This document shows, piece by piece, positions 8,011 through 17,673 of a stretch of DNA of 64,000 nt. The translations under genes and the position numbers were made by a program. The stretch is from an uncultured Candidatus Rokubacteria bacterium. Lineage in GTDB: Bacteria > Methylomirabilota > Methylomirabilia > Rokubacteriales > DASRDR01. The stretch is from NCBI GenBank assembly GCA_963826115.1, contig CAWGVS010000012.1, positions 512,001 to 576,000 of the forward strand, given 5' to 3'. The notes beneath the pieces are model-generated. The model was not told the origin of the DNA. It ran no database searches and was given only the letters and a program-made list of their open reading frames with translations. Every line of letters starts with the position of its first letter. Positions within the stretch are counted from its first letter, which is position 1.

Positions 8011-10593
8011 TCAGCGCGCGGTGCGGAGCGGGGCCAGGACGGCGAGGCGCTCGGCGAGGGCGGCCCGCACGTCGGGCACGACGGTCATCCCGTCCACGTC
8101 GAGCGTGCCGCGACCCTCGTAGCGCACCTGGAGCTCGACGTCCACGGGCTCCACGTCCGCCGCGAACGGCAGGACGACTTCTTCCCAGATTCCCGCTCCG
8201 CGCGCGGGCGCCCAGTCCCGGCTCGCCGCCCGCTCGTATCCCCGCCCCGGCAGGTGCCGGAGAACCTCGAGCCGCGCGAGCGGCCCGGGGCTCGCGCCCG
8301 CGCCGCGGACGCGGAAGCTCGCGAGGTACCGGCCCCGGAGGAAGTGCTGCGGCAGCCAGACCTTCAGCACGCCGGCGGGAGTCGCGCCGGCGCGGGCCCG
8401 CACGAGCTGCCCGCCGCGTGCGGTCGCGTCCTCGACGACGTCGCCGATGCGCGCCGGGCTCGTCTCCGCCTCACCGCGGAAGGTGTGCCCGAACCACAAG
8501 ACCCGGGCGCGGCCGACGAGCGTCAGGTAGTCGTCGCGCCAGGCGTCGCCGTCCGGGCGCGCCGCCAGCGCGACGAGACCGTCGAGCAAGCCCGGCGCCG
8601 CCCGCTCGAGCTCGCCGAGCGCGGCGCGCGCGCCGTCCGCGTCGCCCGCGCGCGCGCGAGCCCCGGCGAGGTCGAGGAGCCGCGCCGGCTCCATCCAGCG
8701 CGCGCCGCGGCACGCCTCGAGCTGGCGGACCGCCCCGGACCAGTCCTCGCGGGCGGAGAGCTGCTCCGCCACGTCGCACGGTGTGCGCAGGAGGCGGACG
8801 GCGACGCGCCCTTCGCCCGGTTCGATGCCCAGGCGGTAGAAGTGTTTGAACCAGGGGAAGCCGCGCCACGGCGACACCTCGACGAGGGTCGGGCGCCGGG
8901 GCTCGAGGGTGATCGCGCGGCTCCGGAGCCCCCAGCGCACGCGGACCCGCCCCTCGCCGCTGAGCGCGAGCGCGATCCGGGGCAGCGGGGTCCGCGACAC
9001 GATCGTCCACGCCCGCGAGTATCCCGGGGTCGCCACGAGGGCGGTCCGGTCGGGCACCGCGTCGGGGTCCACGAAGACGATGTCTTCGTTCGAGGCCACG
9101 TCGTCGGGCGGGGGGAAGGCGAACGGGACCCGCATCGACTCGAGGTCGTAATAGCTGATCGTCGGCGCGATGAAGCCCCGCGGCAGGAGCTCGAAGCGAC
9201 GCAGGAGCTTTCCATCCCGCTCGAGGCGCTCGAAGGCGTGCGCCAGCGCGGGGATCCGCTGCGCGGAATACCAGACGTGGCTCCGGTCGTCACTCTGCGT
9301 GTCCGTCACGAAGAGCGGGTTGGCCTCCGCCTCTCCCCGCGCGTATTCGTGGAGGGCGACCGGGCGCGCGTCGGGCGGCAGAGACCGCTGCCGCCACCGG
9401 AGCGCCAGCTCGCGCGTGTCGTCGGTCCAGAAGAGGTAGGCGACCTGGAGGGCGTCCACGGCCGTCAGGGTGAGCAGCGCGACGGCGGCCACGAGCGCCG
9501 CCGGCCGCGACCACCGGGCGAGGCGGCTCAGCGCCACCGCGGTCCCGATGCTGAGGAACGGCGCGAGGATCACGAGGTAGCGGTCGTCGAGCCCGTGCGG
9601 GCGGAACCACACGTACACCGCGACCACGACCAGCGGCGTCGTCAGGGTGAGCCATCCCCGTCGGTGGCGCCGCGCCAGCTCGATCACCCCGGCGAGCGCC
9701 GCCAGGCCGAGGACAACCCCGTACCACTCGAGGGCCAGGCCCACGACGGCGCGGGGCCCGAGCCAGAGCCGCGTGAGCGGGTCCAGCATGACGCCGAGGA
9801 AGAGCTCGGGGGACTGCCGGACCTGGGCGAGCCAGCGACCGGGCTCGACGAGCGCGAGCGGCGTGCTGAGGACGAAGGCGAGGCCGGTGAGGAGCGCGGC
9901 GCCGGCGACCAGGAGCGCGCCGCGACGGGGGGCGGGCCGGTAGTTCCCCGTGAGGGCCACGAGCACCGTCGCGAACACGACCACGCCGAAGAACTTGGCG
10001 GACGCGGCGAGCCCGGCCAGGGCGCCGACCGCCAGGAATCCGAGCGGCGCCCCGGTGATGTAGGCGATCGCCGCGGCGTAGAAGGCGGCGACGACGAAGA
10101 ACGTCTGCCCGACGTCGCCCATCTCGAAGTGGGCGTGCACGATCGACACGGGACTCAGCGCCAAAAGGCTGGCGGCGAGGAGGCCGACCCGCGCGCCGAA
10201 CAGCCGCCGCGCGGCGAGGGCGAGGACGCCGACGGTCGCCGTCCCCAGGGCTGCGTTCACCAGACGCGCCAGCACGACCACCTGTGACCAGGACGGGCTC
10301 TGCGCCGACCCGTGCGGGTCGACGAGCGCGCCGAGCCGCAGCAGGAGCGCCGACAGGTACATGTGGAGGACCGGGTACGTGTCCTCGGGAATGAGGTCCC
10401 CGCGAAAGAACGGGACGATCCGCTGGAGCTGCTTCGGCGTGTCCGAGTGGTAGACCCAGTCGGGCAGCCCGTAGCTCAGACCGGCCACGCGCAGAAGAAA
10501 CCCCGCCGCGAGGATCGCCGGAAGGACCCCGCGGGGCCACGGCCGAGGCGGCGCGAGATCCGGGTCGGGCGCAGGCGACGGCGGGAGCGGCAC
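8011..10593 (-). CDS. GT-C fold glycosyltransferase (ArnT/PMT-like) with large C-terminal soluble region
   Basis: N-terminal multi-TM region (LRVAGLSYGLP..YHSD, AARRLFG..VGLLAA, GLAASAKF), then TPR-like and beta-sandwich-like segments. Confidence 0.72.
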   Translation of the reverse strand: MPLPPSPAPDPDLAPPRPWPRGVLPAILAAGFLLRVAGLSYGLPDWVYHSDTPKQLQRIVPFFRGDLIPEDTYPVLHMYLSALLLRLGALVDPHGSAQSPSWSQVVVLARLVNAALGTATVGVLALAARRLFGARVGLLAASLLALSPVSIVHAHFEMGDVGQTFFVVAAFYAAAIAYITGAPLGFLAVGALAGLAASAKFFGVVVFATVLVALTGNYRPAPRRGALLVAGAALLTGLAFVLSTPLALVEPGRWLAQVRQSPELFLGVMLDPLTRLWLGPRAVVGLALEWYGVVLGLAALAGVIELARRHRRGWLTLTTPLVVVAVYVWFRPHGLDDRYLVILAPFLSIGTAVALSRLARWSRPAALVAAVALLTLTAVDALQVAYLFWTDDTRELALRWRQRSLPPDARPVALHEYARGEAEANPLFVTDTQSDDRSHVWYSAQRIPALAHAFERLERDGKLLRRFELLPRGFIAPTISYYDLESMRVPFAFPPPDDVASNEDIVFVDPDAVPDRTALVATPGYSRAWTIVSRTPLPRIALALSGEGRVRVRWGLRSRAITLEPRRPTLVEVSPWRGFPWFKHFYRLGIEPGEGRVAVRLLRTPCDVAEQLSAREDWSGAVRQLEACRGARWMEPARLLDLAGARARAGDADGARAALGELERAAPGLLDGLVALAARPDGDAWRDDYLTLVGRARVLWFGHTFRGEAETSPARIGDVVEDATARGGQLVRARAGATPAGVLKVWLPQHFLRGRYLASFRVRGAGASPGPLARLEVLRHLPGRGYERAASRDWAPARGAGIWEEVVLPFAADVEPVDVELQVRYEGRGTLDVDGMTVVPDVRAALAERLAVLAPLRTAR

Positions 10594-10677
10594 GCTCCGA
10601 TTGTACTCGGCGCTCACCCCCGCGCCGGCGCGGCGCCGGCCGGACGCGCGAAGGAACGATGGTACACTCCGTCCGCC

Positions 10678-11772
10678 ATGGCGCCCCGCTGGCGACCGAT
10701 CCTCGCGGAGATCGAGCCGTACATCGTGCCGCCGCCGCTCGACCGGCTCGCGGCCGAGCTGGGCCATTCGGTGCTACGGCTGTCCGCCAACGAGAACCCC
10801 GTGGGCCCGTCGCCCCTCGCGGTCGAGGCGATCCGGCGGGAGGCCGCGCGCATCCACCTCTACCCTGACGGCGGCGCGCCGGCGCTCGCCGAGGTGGTGG
10901 CGGACGCGCTCGGAATCGCGCCCGGCCAGCTCGTGTTCGGCAACGGCGGCGACGAGATCATCACGCTCCTCGCCCGGGCGCTCCTCGATCCCGGCGACGA
11001 GGTCGTCGTGCCGGAGCCCTCGTTCGAGCCGTACACGACCACGACCCTGTTGTCGGGCGGCGTGGTCGTCGCGAGCCCGCTCCGCGACTACCGGATCGAC
11101 CTCGACGACGTCCTCCGCCGCGTCGGGCCCCGCACGAAGCTCGTCTGCCTGACGAGCCCGCACAACCCGACGGGCACGGTGCTGGACCGGAGCGCCTGGG
11201 AGCGCTTCTGCGCGGACTGCCCGGCCGACGCGATGGTCCTGCTCGACGAGGCCTACATCGACTTCATCGAGACGCCGGCACGGGCCGCGGACGGGCTGGC
11301 GGCCCTCGCCATCCGGCCGGAGGGCCTGGTGCTGCTCCGCACGTTCTCGAAGATCACGGGGCTCGCCGGGCTGCGCGTCGGCTACGCGATCGCCGCACCC
11401 GCGGTGATCGGTCAGCTGGAGCGCGTGCGCGAGCCCTTCAACGTGGGCCGGCTGGCGCAGGCGGGCGCAGCGGCGGGGGCGCGGGACGCCGCGCACCGCG
11501 AGGCGACGCGGCGGGTCGTCTGGGCGGAGCGGCGGGCGCTGGCCGCGGCCTTCGCGGCCCGCGGTCTCCACCATCCGCCGAGCGAGGCGAACTTCTTCCT
11601 GGTCCGGCTGGGCCGGCCGGCGCGCCCGGTGATCGCGGCGCTGCGAGCCCGCGGTGTCCTGGTGCGGGACGGAGCCGCGGTGGGCTACCCGGAGCACCTC
11701 CGGATCACCATCGGGACCCCGGAGCAGAACGCGCGCTTGCTCGACGCGCTCGACCGGGCGCTGGCGGGCTGA
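10678..11772 (+). CDS. hisC: Histidinol-phosphate aminotransferase
   Basis: RLSANENP, GNGGDE, PHNPTG, LDEAY, RTFSKITGLAGLRVGY (PLP lysine). Confidence 0.9.
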   Translation: MAPRWRPILAEIEPYIVPPPLDRLAAELGHSVLRLSANENPVGPSPLAVEAIRREAARIHLYPDGGAPALAEVVADALGIAPGQLVFGNGGDEIITLLARALLDPGDEVVVPEPSFEPYTTTTLLSGGVVVASPLRDYRIDLDDVLRRVGPRTKLVCLTSPHNPTGTVLDRSAWERFCADCPADAMVLLDEAYIDFIETPARAADGLAALAIRPEGLVLLRTFSKITGLAGLRVGYAIAAPAVIGQLERVREPFNVGRLAQAGAAAGARDAAHREATRRVVWAERRALAAAFAARGLHHPPSEANFFLVRLGRPARPVIAALRARGVLVRDGAAVGYPEHLRITIGTPEQNARLLDALDRALAG

Positions 11773-11784
11773 GCCCGCCCGACG

Positions 11785-12264
11785 CTACGGCGTCGCGCGC
11801 TTGGCCGGCGCCGGCTTGGTGGCCACGGGCGTGGCCTTCGGCCGCGTCGGCGCGGCGTTCGCCACCTTCGTCGCCTTCGGCTTGTCGGTCTTCTCGGCCT
11901 TGGCCGCGACCGGACGCGCCGTCGCCGACTTCTCGAGCGCCACATTCCGCTCGGCGAGCGAGTCCTTCTCGGCCGAGATCGCGGCGAGCCGCTTCTGGAC
12001 CAGGTCGACCTGGCGCTGGGCGTCCTCGGCCCGGAGACGCTGCGTCTCGGCCTCGGCGCGCAGCCCGTTGACCTGCGCGCCGAGTGCCTCGGCGCGGGTC
12101 GCGGCCTGATTCCACTGGTAGCCGACGAACACCAGGGCGAGCGCGAGGACCACGCTGGCGATCGCTCCCCAGGCGCGGCGCCGCGGCTCCTCCTCGTACA
12201 TCTCGTCCATGTCGTCGTCGGGCGTCTCGCGCTGCGGCTTGAGCTCTTGCTGGATCGTGGCCAT
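11785..12264 (-). CDS. Hypothetical single-TM coiled-coil protein with Lys/Ala/Pro-rich tail
   Basis: GGAGG RBS; acidic N-terminus, one TM helix, heptad-like region, KPKATK/KPAPAK tail. Confidence 0.75.
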   Translation of the reverse strand: MATIQQELKPQRETPDDDMDEMYEEEPRRRAWGAIASVVLALALVFVGYQWNQAATRAEALGAQVNGLRAEAETQRLRAEDAQRQVDLVQKRLAAISAEKDSLAERNVALEKSATARPVAAKAEKTDKPKATKVANAAPTRPKATPVATKPAPAKRATP

Positions 12265-12386
12265 GGTCCCTCCCTCGCGCGAATTGTCCCACCGGTCCAG
12301 GGGGCACCCAAAGAAATTTGGGAGGCGCGAACGCTCCCGGCGGCGGCGGGCGCTGCGGTATCATACGCGGCGAGGAGCGGCGACCG

Positions 12387-12950
12387 ATGATGGCAGCCGG
12401 CGAGCCGGCGCGGACGCCCAGCCTGGCACGGTTCTTCGAGAGGGCCGTCCGCCAGGCGCTCGGCGACCTGCGCCTCGGCGGCCCGGCCGAGGGGGCCTAC
12501 CTGGCCGCGCTGCTCACCCGTTTCGCCCGCACGGACGAGCTCTACGCGATCCGGGACGCGGCCGGCCGGCCGCTCGACTCGGTGGCGGGGCTCCTGATCG
12601 AGGCCGAGCGCGCCTGGGACTTCGGCGCACCGGACTTCGACCCGTTCCGGGAGCGGCGGGTGCGGCAGCACGTGGGGGACTACGCATTGTTCATGACCGG
12701 CCTGTTCCGCGAGCATGTCGAGCGCCGCGTGGGCGCCGGCTATTACGTCCGTCAAGGGCAGCGCGCGTACCAGGCCGTCGCGGATTTCGAGCGGTCGGCG
12801 CTCCGCCCGGAGGCCTCGCTCTTCGCCGCCCTGGCCGCGGGGTTCGAGCGCTACGCCGCGGGGCTCGCCTACCTGAAGCGCGTCTACTTCCGCCCCGCCG
12901 ACTCCCCCCCGGCCCTCCAGCCCGTGCTGCGGCTCCTGACCCAATGGTAG
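12387..12950 (+). CDS. Conserved-looking hypothetical protein
   Basis: GAGGAG RBS; RQHVGDYALFMTGLF.E and YY..QG.RAY motifs; typical codon usage. Confidence 0.8.
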   Translation: MMAAGEPARTPSLARFFERAVRQALGDLRLGGPAEGAYLAALLTRFARTDELYAIRDAAGRPLDSVAGLLIEAERAWDFGAPDFDPFRERRVRQHVGDYALFMTGLFREHVERRVGAGYYVRQGQRAYQAVADFERSALRPEASLFAALAAGFERYAAGLAYLKRVYFRPADSPPALQPVLRLLTQW

Positions 12951-14155
12951 CGACGGCCCTCGACGCCCTCGTGGGTGGCGAGCCCGCCGACGAGGCCGTG
13001 GAGGCCGCGCTCGCCACGATCCCGGCGGGCGAGCTCGAGGCCGCCCTCCGCTGGCTCGCGCGCGAGCACGGCGCCGCCGCCCTGCCGATCCTCCGGCACT
13101 GCCTCGGCGGCCGCGCGGATCACGCCGTCGCCGCCGCGCAGGCGCTCGGCACGCTGCCCCTGCCCGAGGCGGCCACCCTGCTCGAGACGGCCGAGGCGGC
13201 CGCGACGATCAAGTCGGTGCGCACCGCCGCGCGCCGGGCCCTCTACCGCCTGGGCCAGGCCGGCATCGACCGTCGACCCGCGGCCGCGCCGGCGGCGGCG
13301 CGCCGCATCGGGCTCGGCGAGGCGTGGGCGTCCGCCGTCGACGGCACCGGGGGTCGGGGCCTCTGGCTCACCCTGGCCGGGCCCTACGGGGAGCGCACGC
13401 TGCTCGCGGCGGTGCTCTCGGACGAGGCCGGTCTCCTCGACTTCTCGGCGGGCGCCATGGCGAAGAAGCGGATCGAGGAGCGGCTCCGGACGCTCCGCGC
13501 CGAGAGCCCGCTCCCGTGGGTGGCGGTGCCGGTCGGCTGGGCCTGGGCCACCCTCGTCCAGGCCGCCGCGCGCGCGCGCGCCGCGGGGCGACCGGTGCCG
13601 GCCGACCTCGGCCAGTGGATCCAGCAGGTCGACGCGCCCGCGGCCGCGCCGGCGCCGGTTCTCGCGCGGCTCCCGGCAGCGGCCGTCGAGGATCCGGCGC
13701 TCCTCGAGCGCTCGGCGGCCCTCCTCGCGCTCCCCGAGATGGCGGGCTGGTTCCTCGATCCCGCGAGCGTCTCGGGCGAGGCCCTGGAATGGCTCCAGGC
13801 GAAGGAGAGCCGCCTCGTCGTCAGCGACCAGATCAAGGCCGAGCGGCGCGCCGCGGTGGTCGACCGGATCATCGAGACGCGCTTCGATCCCGAGACGCGG
13901 CGCCGCTGGCAGGGACGCCTCGAGGACCAGGCCTACGTCCTCCTCGCGCTCGGGCGCGCGGCGGAGGCCGCGAGCGCCGTTGCGGTCGCCCGCGCTCTGG
14001 CCGAGGGCGGCGCCGCGCTCCCGCGGATCCCGTTCCTCCGGGCCGTCGCGGAGCAGAGCCTCGAGGTCGCCGGGGAGGTGGCCACCGGCCGCCTGTCCGC
14101 CGACGCGGCGAGCCGGGCGCCGCGCGCGCCCTCCGGCCAGGCGCGCGGCGGTTAG
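12944..14155 (+). CDS. Hypothetical protein with HEAT-like N-terminus
   Basis: Overlaps the upstream stop; AAAQALG...KSVRTAARRALYRL; SAVDGTGGR. Confidence 0.75.
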   Translation: MVATALDALVGGEPADEAVEAALATIPAGELEAALRWLAREHGAAALPILRHCLGGRADHAVAAAQALGTLPLPEAATLLETAEAAATIKSVRTAARRALYRLGQAGIDRRPAAAPAAARRIGLGEAWASAVDGTGGRGLWLTLAGPYGERTLLAAVLSDEAGLLDFSAGAMAKKRIEERLRTLRAESPLPWVAVPVGWAWATLVQAAARARAAGRPVPADLGQWIQQVDAPAAAPAPVLARLPAAAVEDPALLERSAALLALPEMAGWFLDPASVSGEALEWLQAKESRLVVSDQIKAERRAAVVDRIIETRFDPETRRRWQGRLEDQAYVLLALGRAAEAASAVAVARALAEGGAALPRIPFLRAVAEQSLEVAGEVATGRLSADAASRAPRAPSGQARGG

Positions 14156-15145
14156 GTGGGCGGCCTCACCGATGTCGCCGGCCTCCTGGTCGGCCACGCC
14201 GCGGATCTCGTCGGCCTCACCGGGTGCACCGCCGTCCTCTGTCCGGGCGGCGCGGTGGCCGCGGTCGAGGTGCGCGGCGGCGCGTCGGGTCTCCTCGGGC
14301 TCGATCTCCTCGACCCCGGGCACATCGCCACGCGCGTCCACGGCGCCGTCCTCGCCGGCGGGAGTGCGTTCGGTCTCGAGGCGTGCTTCGGCGTGATGGC
14401 CCACCTCGAGGCGCAGGGCGTCGGCCTTCCGACGTCCGGCGGCATCGTGCCGCTCGTGGTGGGCGCGATCCTCTACGACCTCGAGGTTGGCGCGCCGGGC
14501 GCCCGGCCCGACCGCGCGATGGGCGCGCGCGCCGCGGCGGCGGCGAGCAGCGGGCCCGTCGCGGAGGGCTCGATCGGGGCCGGCGCCGGCGCCTCGGTCG
14601 GCAAGGCGTTCGGTCTCGGCCGCGCGATGAAGGGCGGGCTCGGGACCGCGAGCCGCCGGGTGGGCGACGCGACCGTCGGGGCGCTGGTCGCCGTCAACGC
14701 GTTCGGGGACGTGCGCGACCCCGCAACGGGCGCGCTCCTCGCCGGCGCGCGCGACGCCCCCGACGGGCGCCGGCTGGTGGACACCGCTCGGGAGCTCCGC
14801 GCGGGCCGCATCACGCCGGGGTTCCGCCAGACGCACACGACGATCGGCGTCGTCGGGACCGACGCGACGCTCGACGCCGCCGAGGCCCGGCGAGTCGCGG
14901 CCCTCGGGCATCTCGGCCTCGCCGCCACGCTCTCGCCGCCGCACCTGAGCGTCGACGGCGACGCGCTCTTCGCCCTGGCGACGGGCTCGGTCGCGCGCGC
15001 CGACTCGCCGCCGGCCGACGCGCTCGGTCTCGCCGCCGCGGACTGCGTCGCGGAGGCAATCGGCCGCGCGATCCGGACCGCCACCGCCCTCGGCGGGCTC
15101 CCCGCGTGGCGCGACCTCTTCGCGCCCGCGCCGGGAGACGCCTGA
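14156..15145 (+). CDS. P1 family peptidase (DmpA / S58-like)
   Basis: LTDVAGLLVGH, GCTAVL, LAGGSAFGL, EGSIGAGAG, TTIGVV, DGDALFAL. Confidence 0.9.
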   Translation: MGGLTDVAGLLVGHAADLVGLTGCTAVLCPGGAVAAVEVRGGASGLLGLDLLDPGHIATRVHGAVLAGGSAFGLEACFGVMAHLEAQGVGLPTSGGIVPLVVGAILYDLEVGAPGARPDRAMGARAAAAASSGPVAEGSIGAGAGASVGKAFGLGRAMKGGLGTASRRVGDATVGALVAVNAFGDVRDPATGALLAGARDAPDGRRLVDTARELRAGRITPGFRQTHTTIGVVGTDATLDAAEARRVAALGHLGLAATLSPPHLSVDGDALFALATGSVARADSPPADALGLAAADCVAEAIGRAIRTATALGGLPAWRDLFAPAPGDA

Positions 15146-15171
15146 GCGGCCGGGCGCGAGGCGCTCCGGCC

Positions 15172-15459
15172 ATGGCCGGCAAGGTCATCCCCTTTCCGTC
15201 CCGCGCGCCCGAGCCCGAGGACGCGAACGGGTTCGAGGAGCTGACGCGCGCCCGCGACCAGGCGGAGGCCTTGGTGGTGCGGGGACTCCTCGAGTCGCAC
15301 GGGATCGAGGTCCTCCTGCGCTCGCACGTCGTCCCGTCCGCCGTCTACCCGTTCTCGGTCGGCGATCAGGGCGCGGTGCGGGTCCTCGTCCGCCGGGAAG
15401 CGCTCGCCGAGAGCCGGCGCGTCCTCGCCGGCGCCGCGCCGGACGGAGAGCGCCGGTGA
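15172..15459 (+). CDS. DUF2007-like putative signal-transducing protein
   Basis: EALVVRGLLESHGI...VRVLV pattern. Confidence 0.75.
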   Translation: MAGKVIPFPSRAPEPEDANGFEELTRARDQAEALVVRGLLESHGIEVLLRSHVVPSAVYPFSVGDQGAVRVLVRREALAESRRVLAGAAPDGERR

Positions 15460-15869
15460 GCGAGCGGCGCGTGGACGCGTTCTTCTACGGCCTGTTCATG
15501 GACATGGACTTGCTGCGCGCGAGCGGCGTCGCGCCGGGGAACCCGCGGCGGGCGGCCGTCGACGGATACGCGCTCCGCATCGGCCGGCGGGCAACGCTCT
15601 GGCCCGCCGACGGCGCGCGGGTCTACGGCGTCCTCGCGAGCCTCACCCACGCCGACCTCGACCGGCTCTACACGGCGCCGGGGCTCGAGCGGTACCGCCC
15701 CGAAGCCGTCCTCGCCCACCCCTTCGAGGGCGCGCCGACGCCGGCGCTCTGCTACAACCTGCGCGAGGCGCCCCGACCGGACGAGCGCAATCCCGAGTAC
15801 GCCCTGCGTCTCCGGCAGGCGCTGGAGACGCTCGACTTCCCGCCCGACTACATCGCCTCGGTCGCCTGA
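15456..15869 (+). CDS. Gamma-glutamylcyclotransferase family protein
   Basis: FFYGLFMD, GYALRIG, VYGVL motifs; GTGA overlap. Confidence 0.78.
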   Translation: MSERRVDAFFYGLFMDMDLLRASGVAPGNPRRAAVDGYALRIGRRATLWPADGARVYGVLASLTHADLDRLYTAPGLERYRPEAVLAHPFEGAPTPALCYNLREAPRPDERNPEYALRLRQALETLDFPPDYIASVA

Positions 15870-16873
15870 CCGCGCGCCGGACGCGCTTGGCCGTCCGCCG
15901 CGTCGAGGGTCCGTACCAGGACCTCGAGCGCCGTCCCCACCGCGGCGAGCGTCGAAAGCTCGAGCGTCTCGGGAAGGTCGTCCGGCGTGTGGTAGGTCGT
16001 GAAGGGCGGCGGGCGCCGCGCGGGCGGCACCAGGATGCCCCGCACGCCGCCGTAGATGAACGCCCGCAAGGGCTCCATCGAGGCCCGCGGGATGGCCGTG
16101 AGCCCCACGCCCGGGACGCCGCGGTCGACGTAGGGCCGGTGGTCGCTCCCGAAGAACGGCACGGGCTCGGCGAGGTGATAGGTCTCGTCGCGGCGATAGC
16201 CGAGGGCCTCGAGCGCCGCGACGAACGCGCGGAGAAGCGGCAGGCGCTCGAGCGCCGGCGTCACGTCCCAGAGCGCGAGGCTGTCGCCGATCCCGCAGAG
16301 CTCGAGGCTGACGACGCCGACGAGGTCGCGCGCGAGCCGCGCGGCGTCCTGGCGCCGCACGTGCACGCGCGAGCCCAGCATCGCCCGCTCCTCGCCCCCG
16401 AAGAACGCGAGACGGACCCCGAGCCGGCGCGGGGGCGCCGCGCGGAGCCGCTCGCCCAGCGCGAGGAGGATGCCCACGCTCGCCGCGTTGTCGTTGGCCC
16501 CGGGGCTGCCGGGGACGGCGTCGTGGTGGGCCGCGAGGACGAGCGTCCGCGGCCCGGGCCCGAGGCCCGCGAACAGGTTGACGCCCACGCCCTCGAGGGT
16601 CCGGTACGGCTCCCGCTCGACCGGCAGGCCCGTGTCGGCGAGGAGCGCCTCCGTCAGCCACGCCCGCTCGCGGTTCGACCGGTGGGCGAGGAGGGCCGCG
16701 ACGTCTCGCGGGGTCGGCGCGGGGAGCGCCCGGTAGCCGGCGAGGTCGAGGCCGGGCCGCGCCCGCGGCGCGCCGCGCCGCCGGTTCATGAGCCGCGCCG
16801 CCGTGACGTTCAGCGCGCCGCCCACCACGCGGCGCAGCTCCCGGCGCCAGAGTCCGGGACCGCGCCGTGTCAC
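15848..16873 (-). CDS. M28 family metallopeptidase
   Basis: AAHHD, GANDNAASV, FFGGEE, SDH, YHTPDD. Confidence 0.88.
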   Translation of the reverse strand: MTRRGPGLWRRELRRVVGGALNVTAARLMNRRRGAPRARPGLDLAGYRALPAPTPRDVAALLAHRSNRERAWLTEALLADTGLPVEREPYRTLEGVGVNLFAGLGPGPRTLVLAAHHDAVPGSPGANDNAASVGILLALGERLRAAPPRRLGVRLAFFGGEERAMLGSRVHVRRQDAARLARDLVGVVSLELCGIGDSLALWDVTPALERLPLLRAFVAALEALGYRRDETYHLAEPVPFFGSDHRPYVDRGVPGVGLTAIPRASMEPLRAFIYGGVRGILVPPARRPPPFTTYHTPDDLPETLELSTLAAVGTALEVLVRTLDAADGQARPARGQATEAM

Positions 16874-17673
16874 GCGGCGGCTCCCGGCCCCTCCCGGCGC
16901 GGCGACAGCCCCAGCAGCCGGACGGCGTTCGCCGTGGTCGCGGTCGTCACCTCCGCGAGCGGCCGCTCCAGAAGCTCCGCCACGCGGGCCGCCGTCACCG
17001 GCAGGTAGGCCGGCTCGTTCCGCTGGCCCCGCCACGGCTGGGGCGGAAGGTACGGGCAGTCGGTCTCGACGACGAGCCGGTCGAGCGGCAGGACCCGCAC
17101 GACCTCCGCGAGCCGGCGCGCGCTCGGATAGGTCACGGGTCCGGCGATCGAGATCAGGAGGCCGAGGTCCATCCCACGCCGCGCCACCTCGAGGTCGCCC
17201 GAGAAGCAGTGGAGGATCCCGCCGACGGCCGCGGTGCCCTCGGCGGCGCAGATGTCGAGGAGATCCGCGTGCGCCTCCCGGCAGTGAAGGAGCACCGGCT
17301 TCCCCGCCGCGCGCGCCAGCCGGAGCTGCGCCACGAGCGCGGCCCGCTGGACGTCCCGGGGCGAGTGGGTCCGGAAGTAGTCGAGACCGATCTCGCCGAT
17401 CGCCACCACGCGCGGGTCCCGCGCGAGGGCCGCGATCCGCGCGAGCGCCGCCGCGTCCGCCGCCGTGGCGTCGTGCGGGTGGATCCCGACGGCCGCGTGG
17501 ACGTCGGGCTCCGCGTGAGCGAGCGCGATGGCCGCCTCCGACGTGGGGACGTCGGTGCCGATGTTGAGGAAGCCCGTCACGCCCGCGGCGCGGGCGCGCG
17601 CGAGCACGACCGCGCGGTCCTCGTCGAACGCCGGGTCGTGGAGGTGCGCGTGGGTGTCGACGAGCCCCGTCAT
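16870..17673 (-). CDS. tatD: TatD family hydrolase
   Basis: DTHAHL, GIHPH, GEIGLD, HCRE, HCFSG, ETDCPY. Confidence 0.93.
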   Translation of the reverse strand: MTGLVDTHAHLHDPAFDEDRAVVLARARAAGVTGFLNIGTDVPTSEAAIALAHAEPDVHAAVGIHPHDATAADAAALARIAALARDPRVVAIGEIGLDYFRTHSPRDVQRAALVAQLRLARAAGKPVLLHCREAHADLLDICAAEGTAAVGGILHCFSGDLEVARRGMDLGLLISIAGPVTYPSARRLAEVVRVLPLDRLVVETDCPYLPPQPWRGQRNEPAYLPVTAARVAELLERPLAEVTTATTANAVRLLGLSPRREGPGAAA

